Shown here in pieces: positions 1 through 11,401 of a stretch of DNA of 64,000 nt; the stretch's first letter is position 1, and the number at the start of each line of letters is the position of its first letter. The notes beneath the pieces were generated by a model. It searched no databases. It saw only the letters and a list, made by a program, of their open reading frames with translations, and was not told the DNA's origin. The position numbers were made by a program, and so were the translations under genes. The DNA comes from Mantamonas sphyraenae STR306 (Eukaryota; Protista; CRuMs): NCBI GenBank assembly GCA_026936335.1, contig JAPMXV010000009.1:248001-312000 (forward strand), read 5' to 3'.

Positions 1-876
1 GTGCCCACCCACTCGGCCGACAAGCTGGAAAACGCCCTCAAGACCCTTTTCCCAAGCATGTTTGAGCACGAGCCCGACGCCATGTACCATCTCACGACGC
101 TTGTCGACCCGCTTGTTCTCATCGACATGGGTGTGCCCGTTGTGCGGACCGTCCAGGAGGCCGGCGATTTTGTCGTCACATTTCCTCGTGGCTTCCACGC
201 CGGCTTCAACACAGGCTTCAACGTCGCCGAGGCCGTCAATTTCGCCCTGCCCAACTGGATGCGTTTTGGCCAGCAGGCCATCAACAAGTACGCCTACGTG
301 CGCTTCGCCATTTTCTCCCACTCGGAAATGGCTCTCAAGCTCGCCATCCACAATAACTCCAAGGACATGGCCAAGGAGATCCTGCACAGCTTTGGACCCA
401 TCTGGACCAAGTTTTGCAAGACCTCGCAAGAGCTCATCAACAACGGAATCCGCCGCGAGCGCATTGTAGACGATGTCATGGACGTTGTCGACCTCGTCTG
501 CAGCAAGGAGTGCTGCGTCTGCCTCAGCTACTGCCTCCTCGGCTACGTCACGTGCACTTGCACTCCCGACATGGTTGTCTGTGTCCACGACGTCGACAGT
601 CTCTGCGCATGCCACGTCGCAGACAAAACCCTCCACCTTCGCTTCAACTTTCCTCACATCACGCTCCTGCTGCGAGTCCTCCAGCGACGAGCCTCGGGCC
701 AGTTCCAAGAGCCTCCGTCGACCACAAGGCCATCAGTGCTCTCTACGACAATCGCTGGACGCGCAATGGCAAGCGAAAGGTTGTTACATATTTTCCGGAC
801 GAGATCGACCTTCAGGGCGGCCTCAGCTACAGGTGACCAGTGCTTGCAACCCCCAACCCCCAATCCCCCCCAATGA
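1..876 (+). CDS. JmjC-domain histone demethylase, KDM5/JARID1-like, with C5HC2 zinc finger (5'-partial; true stop possibly 836)
   Basis: JmjC C-terminal motif VQEAGDFVVTFPRGFHAGFNTGFNVAEAVNFA, followed by a Cys-rich finger (ECCVCLSYCLLG..CTC..VCVHD..LCAC). The ORF runs off the left edge. Confidence 0.85.
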   Translation: MPTHSADKLENALKTLFPSMFEHEPDAMYHLTTLVDPLVLIDMGVPVVRTVQEAGDFVVTFPRGFHAGFNTGFNVAEAVNFALPNWMRFGQQAINKYAYVRFAIFSHSEMALKLAIHNNSKDMAKEILHSFGPIWTKFCKTSQELINNGIRRERIVDDVMDVVDLVCSKECCVCLSYCLLGYVTCTCTPDMVVCVHDVDSLCACHVADKTLHLRFNFPHITLLLRVLQRRASGQFQEPPSTTRPSVLSTTIAGRAMASERLLHIFRTRSTFRAASATGDQCLQPPTPNPPQ

Positions 877-924
877 ATTGCACGATGTGCACAGAGTCCC
901 TTCGTCTGTCTGCTCCACACACAA

Positions 925-3900
925 TCAGTTCCATTCGTTGCCACTCTGATTCCTCCTCCACGCACGCACTGCTTCCATGTCCTCTTGCGTCGCAAACCCT
1001 GCGGCTGCGCTGTGCTCGTCGTCGCTACTCTCCTCTGCCCCGTCCTGTCCGTCTTCCTCGCCTCCCTCGGCGCCGCCCTCAAACACATTGCTCACAATTG
1101 AAAACAGCTTCGTCTGCAGCTCGTGCTGGTGCGCCGTCAGCAGCTTCAGGTCCGTTAACAGCGTCACCACGTTCTGCGTTTCGATCTCTGCCGCATCCGG
1201 AAGCATCTGGATCTGGAAGCGGCGTGTGCCCTGGATGGCCTGCGCCTGCGCCTTGGCCGTCTGCGATGATGCGTCCAGCAGGTGAGCCGTCATGCCTTCG
1301 CCGTTGCGTACCTTGGCCAGGTGAGCCTGCGCCATCCCTAGATCCTCGCTCATTTCGCTGTAGCTTCGCAGCAGCGGCTCCACCAGGTACCCAAAGTTGG
1401 CTTGCATCGACTTGTTCTCCAGCAAGCGACCCACATCCTCCAGCTCCAAGCCAAACGCTGCCAGCTGCTCCTGCATGTTTGCGTAGAGGCTCTCCTTGAC
1501 CGTCACCACCGCCTTCAGTGCCTCCTGCAGGTCCATGATCTGCGACTTTTCCGCACTGACCCCCAGCGAAAAGTACGCGCTGTCGATGATAGACTGCACA
1601 TAGCCCTCCAGCGGAAAGTACAAGTGTCGGTTCAACTTGCTCAGCATCCCGTTAAGGTTGGTGGCAAACCGTTCGATGGCCGTGTCCTCTCCGTACAGCG
1701 CCGCAAAGTTCACCGTGTTCACGTGCGGAAGCGTTGTCTCGATGTACGCACGCAGCTCCTGGAACTCGTCGTGAATCTGCATCCGGTGTGCTACCAGCGT
1801 CTCCTTCCAGCTGCCCAGATACTCCAGCAGCCGAGTGTCCTGAGCACTGAGCACAGGGTGTGTGCGCACCTCGGCTCCCCCCTCCTCTTTTTTGTCCTCA
1901 AACTGCCGGATGCGTTTGTCCAGCTCCACCAACTCCATCCCCTGCTGTCTCACCAGCGATCGGATCATGGCCAGCAGCGCCTCCTCCTCCTCGTCTTCCT
2001 GCGCGTCCGATTCCAGCACATTCTGCGCCCGCCGGCTCGCTTCGTCTGCATCCTCGATCATCTGTTGCAGCTGCATGCGTTTCTCCACCTCTTCCTCCAG
2101 GGCACTTGCCTGCGCCGCCTCCAGCGAGCTCTTTTCCTTCTTCAGACGCTCGTTCTCGGCCTTGGTGTCGCTGTTGGCCTTCATCAGGTCCGCCACTTGC
2201 GCCTGCAGCGATTGCAGCTTCACGTTCTGTTGCTGGAACTGAACAGTCTGCTCCTTGAGTTTGTTGCGCGACGCTTCTGCCTTTTCTGCCACCTGCTTCT
2301 CCAGTAGCTTCAGCTTGCGGTCGGTGTCGCTTCGCAGCTGTTTCATCGCTTCCTCCATCTTGACCATCTCCTTGCGCTTGGCCTCCAACGTCTTTTCGGC
2401 CTCCTCCAGCTGCTCACGCAGCTTGTTGTTCATCTCCTTCTCCTTGCTGTACATGCTGCGCAGCTGTCGGGCCTCCCGCTTCGCCCTGCTCTTTTCCGCT
2501 GCCACCTGCTCCTCCAGCCCGCTCTTCATCTCCTCATACTTGCTCTGCAACTCTGCCACCGTCCGTTTGTGCTCCTGCTTGTTCTTCACCAGCGCACGTT
2601 TCGTGGCCAGCGACCCGCCTCCTGCTGTGCTGCGTGGACTCAGCAGCGACGAATTGGTATCGGACTCCGTCGACGATCGGCGTGAGGATGATCTCGACAT
2701 GCTGCCCTCCGCGTCGTCGTTGCTGCCGCCACGCCTGAACTTGGCCTTGTCCCGGTCAAACGTGGCCCAGTGCGACCTGTTCAACCCAGCCATATCCCGT
2801 GCCACACGCGTGTCGACGCCGGCCTCCTCCAGCGCCGCATACATCTGCTCAGCCAGCATGGGCGATTCGTCGCTGCTGTGGTTGACAAACCCCTGCAGCA
2901 CCTGCAGCAGCTGGTCGCGTTCGCGCACGAGCTCGTTGTTGATGACTCCCAGCACCGCACACCGCTGCTCTGCGCGCTGATACTTCTTGGCCAGCTCACC
3001 CGGCGTGTGAAGAATGTCGTCTTGCGACCCACGTCGCTTGGCCTTCGACGAGGTGGACAAGGACGAGGAGGATGACGAGCCGTCGACGCCTCCTTCGTCC
3101 AGCTCAGGCAGCTCGCCTGCACTCGACACAAGGCTCATGACTGCAATGGCAGCCTGAAGCTCGTTCTTGAGCCCACGGGTGTGGGCCACCATGGTCAGTC
3201 GAGCCTCTGGGTTTGTAAACGCGTCACACAACAGCTGCGTCAGCTTGAACGTGCGCCAGTGGAACCCACTGCTGTCGCTCTTGCCCGTCAGATTCTCGAT
3301 CATCAGTCCCAGGTTCATGATGGATCCCTTGAGGGCGTGTTCCGCCTTTCCCATGTTGCTTCCGTCCAGCTGGGCAATCGGAGCCACGAGCACCACCGTC
3401 AGCACGCTTGTGTGCACGTTCATCGTGCTCTTTGTGTCACTGGCCTTGTTTCCTGTCTTTTTCTGTTTCTGCTGCTGTTTCTGCTGCTGCTGCTGCTGCT
3501 GTTGCAACTCCTCCTCGGCCTCGATGCCCGAAAGCGCGCTCACGTCGACTCCCAAATTCTTTGCGCTCGGCAGCGTCTCGTAGCTCTGGCGCAGGTGGGA
3601 GGCTGTAAAGGAGCCTCTACGTTGCAGCGAGGCCCTCGGCGATGCAAGCTGCTCCACGTCCTTGGTTGCCCGACGCGTAGAGGCCGCTTTTGCCGTGCTG
3701 CGCGGCGTGCTGCTGCTCGACAGACCTGCAGAGTCGGCGCGTGCCTCACTGCTGGTCCACTGAATGGCAAAGCGGAAAAACAGGTGGGAGCGAGGCACGG
3801 TGTTGCGTGTGCGCGAGTTGAACATGCAGAGGTGCAACACGTCGTCAAACGCGTCGATGCTTTCGATGGGCTCTGCCATGAGGTCTTGCACGCGATCGTC

Positions 3901-5102
3901 ATACAAGGCGCATTTCTGCTTGGACTGCAGGTCGTACACAGAGTTGTTGTAAATCTCAAAGGCGGAAAACAGAAGCGTTTGCGGCACTTCGCTGCCCGCA
4001 GGCAACTGGCCCTGTGCCTCTGCCTTGCGTATGGCTGCCATGCGCGTCAGCAGATGCGACACGGTGTGACGCAGTGCAGACTTGGACACACGTCGCCCTG
4101 CGCCGTCGTCGCCGCCGTCGTCGTGGCGTCCCTCTCCACCTCCCTCGCCTTCGCCCAAGTCGCCCATGTCTGGCGTGATGTCCAGCAGCACCGAGTGGCC
4201 CACTGTCCACTCCGTGCCTCCGCCGTCTCCCATCACCAGAAGCGTGCTGGGTTTCATGTCCATGCTCTGCTGCACCAGGTGTGGCACGACTGCGTCGAAG
4301 CTCGCCTGTGCAGACACATCCTTGTCCAGCACCATGTCAAATTGGAAGCGTTCACGTTGGCCTCGTCCCAGTGGCAGCGTAACTCGGCCCTTGCTGTCTG
4401 CACTCGCAAAGCACGTCCTGCCCTTGGACGGCGCGTTGACGCGGGCCACCACATTCACCTGTGTTGTGCGGCGCCATGCATCCACCCACCCCCGTGCATT
4501 GCATGTGTGTGTTTTTGCATCCGCCATGCGTGTGTGTACGTGCGTGTGTGTGTGTGTGTGTGTGTCAGACACTCCCTGTTGTGTGATAGTGGTCGCCAAA
4601 AACCGAGCTGAGCTTGACGACGACGCGAGGGCAATTCCTTGCGCGGCCTTGTCTCCCGCGTTTCTGCCGCATGCGTCGGCCGATGGAACAGGACGCGCCT
4701 GCACGCCTTCTCAATTCATGTCTTCCTTTGCACTCCACTCACCCTCTTCCATTCGCGGCGAATGTTGGTCTTTCGAACGTGGTCGCGGTGAAGACGTTGG
4801 ATTTTGGCGGCACTTTCCGCAGCCTCGTCGCGCCGTGTGCCGTTCCCTGGCGATGCATCGACGGCGTACTCCTGGGCCAGAGACAGATCGGTGTTGTGTG
4901 TGCGCTCTGCAGAGTAGCTGTCTTCCAGCGAGCTCTCGCTGGCCCGCACGCTGAGGTCGACTTCCTTTGTCGGCGTCGCGGGCTTGGCACTCGGGTGGGG
5001 CGGCCGCTCTCGTGCTTCGCTTTCCATGGACACCATCATCTTGACTGGAGTGTCGTCCATGCGACTGCCGCCGAATCTTGCGTCTGACTCCTTTTCCGAC
5101 AT
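925..5102 (-). CDS. Divergent kinesin-like protein (degenerate motor domain + long coiled coil), N-terminal IQ-like motif; about 2 introns
   Basis: Motor landmarks VNVVARV, FQFDMVLD, SAFEIYNNSVYDL, RSHLFF, KLTQLL, then a heptad-rich stalk. Putative ATG at 5102 (MSEKESD), GTGAGT donor near 4742, acceptor cacag|GTGAATGTG near 4459. Confidence 0.75.
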
Positions 5103-5182
5103 GTGGTGAGCAGAGCAGAGCAGGGAAGCCAGGTTTGTTGCCAGCTGCGCACTGACACACACACATACACACAAGCGACCAC

Positions 5183-7024
5183 ATGAATTCTGCCATGGAT
5201 CGCTTGAGTGACGAAGCGATGCACACCATCGCTTCCCAGCTGGACATGGTGTCGCTTGCTCGGCTGTCCCGTGTCAACCGGCGCTGGCGGGACGTGTGTG
5301 CGGACAAGAGCTTGTGGTTGGCTTTGGCTCACAGACACTTTCAGGCTGCCATCCACGACTCCCTGCTCAACGTCAACGACAAACCGCGCCTGTTTGTTGC
5401 CCAGCAGTACAGGCTTGGAAGGGAACGCCTGCGCTTGGACAACGAGCTGGACGCCGTTCTTCTCTCCGCACAGGCTGGGAATGGCGTCGACGACGACGAC
5501 GCCCTGTTGCTCTCCCGGGGCATTCGCATCGACACAGGCCAGCCCATCACAGGCAACTACCTCCTCTCCCTGCGCAAGCAGTTGCAAGATGCAGAGGCTG
5601 GCCTGGACTCCTTGGATTCGCAAATTGACTCTGTGCTGCAGTCGCCTGGCACACAGGGGCGACGCACAGGCCAGCGCGGCTTCCTTGCAGGCGCAGGCGC
5701 AGCCAACGGCGATGAAGACGACGATGATGACACAGACTTGGAAATACTTGCAGGCGCACCGTTGCAGGGACGTGGAGGGACGGCAGCCGCGGGGGCTTCG
5801 GCGTACTCCCCCATGTTGGAAGCACGCAGGAAACTGGCGGCTGCATTGGATGCCCAAAGAGCCATGGCTGCGCGCATGCCTGCGTCGCAGGAGGAGCTGG
5901 CCATGTGGGAACGCGTGCTGCAGATGTTCTTCTTCAACCGCGGCTGCGACTGCGCCGCCTTGTTCCTCGTAGCCGGTGCCACGCTGCACCTGGCATACCG
6001 GCTGGACAGTGACACCTACCACGCTTCCTGGTTTTCCGTCTTGGCCCCGTTCTGCTTCATCTTTCTCTACATTTTCTCTGCGCTGACCATGATCAACGCC
6101 CTCAACTACTTTCTCAACCTGCCCGACCACGATGTGCTCAACCCCAACTCCAGCGACCTGTGCATCGACCACGAGCACGAGCTGCACGCCGACCCGGAGG
6201 CCCCACACACTCACGCCTGCACCTCCGTCCTGTACAACGCCCTCTTCTTTACCCGCCAGCTTCAAGCCTACTGTTGGATCCTGGTCATGCTTCTGGCCCT
6301 GGCCATGGTCTTGGCTCTGGCAGGTGCCACCAGCTACCAGGAGAACCTGGCCCAGGCGCGTGCCTCGTTCACACAGTCCGAGAGCGATGCACAACCTCCC
6401 TACCTGGTCCTCCACGCCCTCTTTGCCACCCTATACACCATGCTGGCTGTGCTCCTGCACCTCGTCTACCATTTCCCCGTGTGGAGGTTTGTCGAGCGTC
6501 AGCTGAGCAATAGCGACATGCACGTGCGCTGGGAATCGCGTGCCAGCCGCTCCACCTTCAAGAGCATCTTTGTCGTCGTCACCCTTCTCCTTGGCGTCCA
6601 GGTCCTTCTCGTGCACCTCAAGCTTACCCTAGTGCGTACCATGGGCTGGGGCGAGGTCTTCATCCCGTTCTGGCTAGTCTTTGTGCTGTTGCTGTGTGCT
6701 CTCGTCCTCGTCGCCACCACCTTTGTCCGCAGTGGGCCGGGCTCCTACGAAATGCTGGCCCTCAAGCGGCTTCTGGCCATCTGGGTGACCACCCTCCTCT
6801 TCTTCCTGGCCTTTATCGCCTTTCTCACCAACGCTCTTGACGAGCAGCAGATCCTGGCCGGCTTCTTTGCTGCCAAGCAGTGGTCTCTGGTCTTTGCGCC
6901 TGTGTTTGGCTTCCAGCTGCTCATGTTTGCCTGCTGCTGCATGCCAGGCGTCTCTCTCGACTGCATTCGGCTTTGCTCGGGCGAACGTGCAGACACGCGA
7001 AACAGCGCCGTGTTTTCCATGTGA
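5183..7024 (+). CDS. F-box protein with multi-pass transmembrane C-terminus (TMEM185/TMEM203-like WxxVFxP repeats)
   Basis: F-box MDRLSDEAMHTIASQLDMVSLARLSRVNRRWRDVCADKSLW; many hydrophobic helices with SWFSVLAPF, GWGEVFIPFW, QWSLVFAPVF. Confidence 0.75.
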   Translation: MNSAMDRLSDEAMHTIASQLDMVSLARLSRVNRRWRDVCADKSLWLALAHRHFQAAIHDSLLNVNDKPRLFVAQQYRLGRERLRLDNELDAVLLSAQAGNGVDDDDALLLSRGIRIDTGQPITGNYLLSLRKQLQDAEAGLDSLDSQIDSVLQSPGTQGRRTGQRGFLAGAGAANGDEDDDDDTDLEILAGAPLQGRGGTAAAGASAYSPMLEARRKLAAALDAQRAMAARMPASQEELAMWERVLQMFFFNRGCDCAALFLVAGATLHLAYRLDSDTYHASWFSVLAPFCFIFLYIFSALTMINALNYFLNLPDHDVLNPNSSDLCIDHEHELHADPEAPHTHACTSVLYNALFFTRQLQAYCWILVMLLALAMVLALAGATSYQENLAQARASFTQSESDAQPPYLVLHALFATLYTMLAVLLHLVYHFPVWRFVERQLSNSDMHVRWESRASRSTFKSIFVVVTLLLGVQVLLVHLKLTLVRTMGWGEVFIPFWLVFVLLLCALVLVATTFVRSGPGSYEMLALKRLLAIWVTTLLFFLAFIAFLTNALDEQQILAGFFAAKQWSLVFAPVFGFQLLMFACCCMPGVSLDCIRLCSGERADTRNSAVFSM

Positions 7025-7158
7025 CTCCAACTGAATGACACATGGATGTGGAATTGGTTTCTGGCGCTTCATGCATCCGTGCCCTCCTTGCGTCGACGCG
7101 ATGGGAGTGGAGCCAACACAACAATGGCAGCTCCTGCGCAGGCGAGTCAACCGAAACC

Positions 7159-10100
7159 ATGAGTGGCCTGTGCGGAGGACGTCAGCCTGGAGAAGGCACT
7201 CGCACCGTGTATGGCAACCAGCCAGACCGCAATATTCAGTATTGCGACAACAAGTACGTTCGGGTGTTGCGTGTGGCGTGTAGGAGCGTTTTGTAAAACT
7301 CTCTTCATCCCGTCGGAGTCCTTGCGGTTCGCTCGCCCCCCTTGCTCACACGCACTCGTCTCGCACGATGCTCGCGCTCCTACAGAATCAGCAACACAAA
7401 GTACACATTGATCACGTTTCTTCCGTACAACTTGGCCTCTCAGTTCAGGTGTGTTTCCGTTTCCTCTCCGCCTCTGCTTTTGGCAGGCCTCGCCTCCCAC
7501 TTTTTCTGCCCTCTCCAAGTCTTCACGTGCCCCACACGTGTCGCCTGCGTCTTCCCACGCCTGGCATGCACCTTGTACCTGCGTGAATACTCGCAGTCCA
7601 CGTTTTCCACCTGCGTACTAACTCGGCCGTGGCCCTGCACCTCTCCTGCGTGGCCTGTGCTTCTCTGCAGCCGCTTTATGAACCTGTACTTTTTGATGAT
7701 TGCCTGCCTGCAGCTGTGGGCCCTCATCACTCCCGTTGCCCCCATCACCACGTGGGGTCCGCTGGCCTTTATCTTTCTCCTCTCGGCCGTCAAGGAGGCC
7801 TTTGACGACTACTACCGTTGGCAGTCGGACAAGCGTGCCAACCTGACCCAGTTCCAGGTCGTCCAGAACGGCAAACTTGCCTACAAGGCGGCCCAGGACA
7901 TCCGCGTCGGCGACATCCTCTACCTCAAGGACAACTCGGAGATCCCCTGTGATCTTGTTGTTCTCAAGTCCTCTGAGGAGGGCGGTGGAGCGTACACCCA
8001 GACAGGTGAGTTGGCGAATCCGCGCCTCCAATCCTCCCCCCGCTTCACAAACCGCCTTCCCTCACCTGCACCAATGGCCCTTTCTGCTCGCCCCTTCTTC
8101 CCACCCACCCATATGCCCTCTGCCACGCATCCATGCATCTCCCATCTCGGCACCATTGCCCATGCGTCCTCCAGCGGCCACCTTATCCCTTGGGCACCCG
8201 GCCTTATCCAAACTCCCCCTTGCGTTTTCGCGCGCCGTTTGTCTAACCCCGGAAAAAAAAACCCCAAACGTTCACCATCGCTTCGCACAGCCAACCTGGA
8301 CGGTGAGACCGACCTCAAGTCGCGCCAGTGTCTCAAGTGCACGCAGGAGCTCACCGAAGACGAGATCATGAACCTGAAGGTGCGTTGTGGCATGTGCCAC
8401 GAACCCTTTTTCTTTTTCTGCATTGCCTCCATTTCCTGGATCCCGAAAAACGCACCCGCCGTGCGTGCATCGACAACCCTCTTCCCCCCTCCGCTTCTCA
8501 CCGCACTCGCACGTACTCACATGTTTCCCTAACCCTTCCTTGTACACCACAGTGCACCGTCGAGTGCGCCACCCCCAACGCAGAGATCTACGTGTTCAAC
8601 TCGCGCCTCCGCGTGGGCGCTCAGGGCGACAAGTGGGAGTCCCTCAGCGAGAAGCAGACCCTGCTGCAGGCCACCCATCTGCGTAACACAGGCTGGATCT
8701 ACGGCGTCACCGTCTACACAGGTAACGAGACAAAGGTGGGTATGAACAAGCGCCAGCCGCCCACAAAGTGGACGCGCACAGACGACTTTATCAACTACAT
8801 CACCATCTTCATCTTCACCGTGCAGACCTGCATCACCATCCTTATGGGCGTTGCAGGCAACCTGTGGAAGGAGCAGAACGGCTACCCGGCCGACTACCTC
8901 CGCTACCCCACCGTGGAACCCTTCCTCAACATCGCCATCATCCCGCTGCGCTTCCTCCTCCTCATGTCCCTCATGATCCCCATTTCGCTCAAGGTCACCC
9001 TCGACATTACAAAGTACATCTACGCCCTCTTCATCAACTGGGACCTCCAGATGTACGATGAAGAGACAGACACCCCGGCCGTCGCCTCAAACACTGCCAT
9101 TGCCGAAGATCTCGGCCAGATCGAGTATGTGTTCAGCGACAAGACAGGCACCCTCACCGAGAACATCATGCGCTTCCGCAAGTGCTCCATCAACGATCGC
9201 CTCTACGGCCACGGCCACGGCGTCGTGGATGCTCTCAGCGACGCCGATCTGCGCGAGGACGTGCGCGAAAACCCCGCGGTGCTCGACTTTTTCCGAGCCC
9301 TTGCCCTCTGCCACACCGTCATCCCGGTCTCCGACAATGACGACGATGACGACGAGGAGGACGAGGAGGACAGCGAGGACGACGAGCCGGGCAAGGCCAA
9401 GTCCTCCTTTGCCTCGCACAACATCAGCTACAAGGCTTCCTCTCCCGACGAGGAGGCTCTTGTCCTGGCCGCCGCAGAGATGAACGTCGTCTTTGCCGAG
9501 CGCGACCGCACCTTTATGATGTGCAAGGTCTTTGAGAACCAGGAGCACTACGAGCTGCTCGAGACCCTCGAGTTCACCTCCGACCGCAAGCGCATGTCTG
9601 TCCTCGTGCGCAACCAGGACACCCAGGAGATCTTCATCTACATCAAGGGCGCCGACGACAAGATCCTCAAGCGCCTCGCAGAGGACCAGGAGCCCAGCGC
9701 CACCCAGGAGCACCTCGAGATGCTCGCCGGCATGGGTCTGCGTACCCTCCTCGTCGGCGTACGACGCGTCGACGACGATGAGTACGAAAAGTGGAAGGTC
9801 GACATGCAGAATGCAAAGACCGCCATGAAGGACCGCGAAGACAAGGTGGCCGCCGCCTACGAGATCATGGAGCGTGACTTTACCCTCCTCGGCGCAACCG
9901 CCATCGAGGATCGCCTTCAGGAGAGCGTGCCCGAGGTCATCCATCTCCTGCGCCAGGCCGGCGTCACCTTCTGGATGCTCACCGGCGACAAGTTCTCCAC
10001 CGCCGTCCAGATCGCAACCGCATGCAACCTTATGTCCCCCGAAGGTGGCAAGGGTGGCTCCGACGGCAAGCTCCTGCCTGTCAAGGGCAAGAGCATCGAA

Positions 10101-11306
10101 GAGGTTGGCCAGAGCATCAACAAGCAAAAGAAGCTCGCCCTGTCCATCCACAACGAGAAGAACGTCACCGTCATCATCCAGGGCGACACCCTGCGCTCTG
10201 CTCTCGCCGACCACTCTGCAGACTTTCTCGAGCTCTGCCTCCTCTCCAAGGCGGTCATCTGCTGCCGCGTCACGCCCCAGCAAAAGGCCGACGTCGTCGC
10301 CATGGTCAAGGAGACCGGCCGACGCTGCCTGTCCATCGGCGACGGAGGCAACGATGTGTCGATGATCCAGGAAGCACACGTCGGTGTGGGTATCAGTGGA
10401 CGCGAGGGTCTCCAGGCCGCACGCGCCGCAGACTACTCCATCGCCAAGTTCAAGTATCTGCAGCGCCTCATGCTCATCCACGGCCGCTATGCGTACCTGC
10501 GCACCTCCTTCATTGCCCAGTACTCGTTCTACAAGAGCGCCTTTGTCGGCCTCATCCAGGTCACCTACGGTCTCTATTCGGGTCTCAGCGGCGCCTCCTT
10601 CTTCAACTCCTTCATGGTCATGGCCTACAACACCTTCTTCACCGGCCTTCCCGTCTTCTTTTACGCTCTCGACAAGGATGTGGAGGAGAGCAGCATGGAA
10701 GCATACCCTCACCTCTACCTGGATGGTGTCAAGGAGCGCTATCTTAACGTCAACACCATTGCCTGGTGGCTCGTACGCGCCGTCTTCCAGGCCATGACTG
10801 TCTTCTTCATCATGATGGGCACCTACAACCAGACCTGGCTCCATCCCAACGACGGCCGTGAAATGGACTATCTCAGCATTTCCACTCCGGCCTACACCGC
10901 CGTCATCATCGTGCAGACCATCACCATGGCCTACGAGAGCCACAACCTCACCTTCTACAACCACTTTTTCATCTGGGGCTCTCTCATCCTCTACTACCTC
11001 CTCATGACCGTGTACAACCTCCTGCCGGGCTTCGACTACGTCGACGTGTTCAACCGCTTCACCGTGGAGCCCAGCTTCTGGCTGTCCACCATCCTTGCCG
11101 GCGTCGCTGCGACCGTGCCTGTCATTTGCCAAAAGTACTTCCAGTACAACTACAACCCGACCCTGTCCCAGACCGTCAGCCAGCTGGAGCACCAGTTCCG
11201 TGTCACCCACGGCAAGAACGTGCCCGTCGAGCTGCCCCACTTCTCCACCTACCTCTCCAAGCCCAAGTCCAAGAATGCTCGCAATCGCCTGAGCATGCGC
11301 TTGTGA
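7159..11306 (+). CDS. P4-type ATPase (phospholipid flippase); exons ~7159-7253, 7386-7448, 7671-8005, 8291-8379, 8552-11306
   Basis: ISNTKY, NLDGETDLK, PISL, DKTGTLT, KGAD, TGDK, CCRVTPQQK and GDGGND motifs; GT-AG introns join the frames. Confidence 0.95.
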
Positions 11307-11401
11307 TTGACTTTGACAATGGAATGAACATCGTTGTGGAAAACCAACTGCATTGCTGCCTCTCCTTTCCTTCATCTCTCTCGGGTCTCTTCTCTTCTGT
11401 C

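Noticed and set aside
4500-4566. (GT/CA)n tracts here and at ~26838, 39030, 55277, 56532, read as THTHTH or VCVCVC in the ORF track
   Set aside because: Ordinary intronic or intergenic microsatellites, not coding and not CRISPR repeats.
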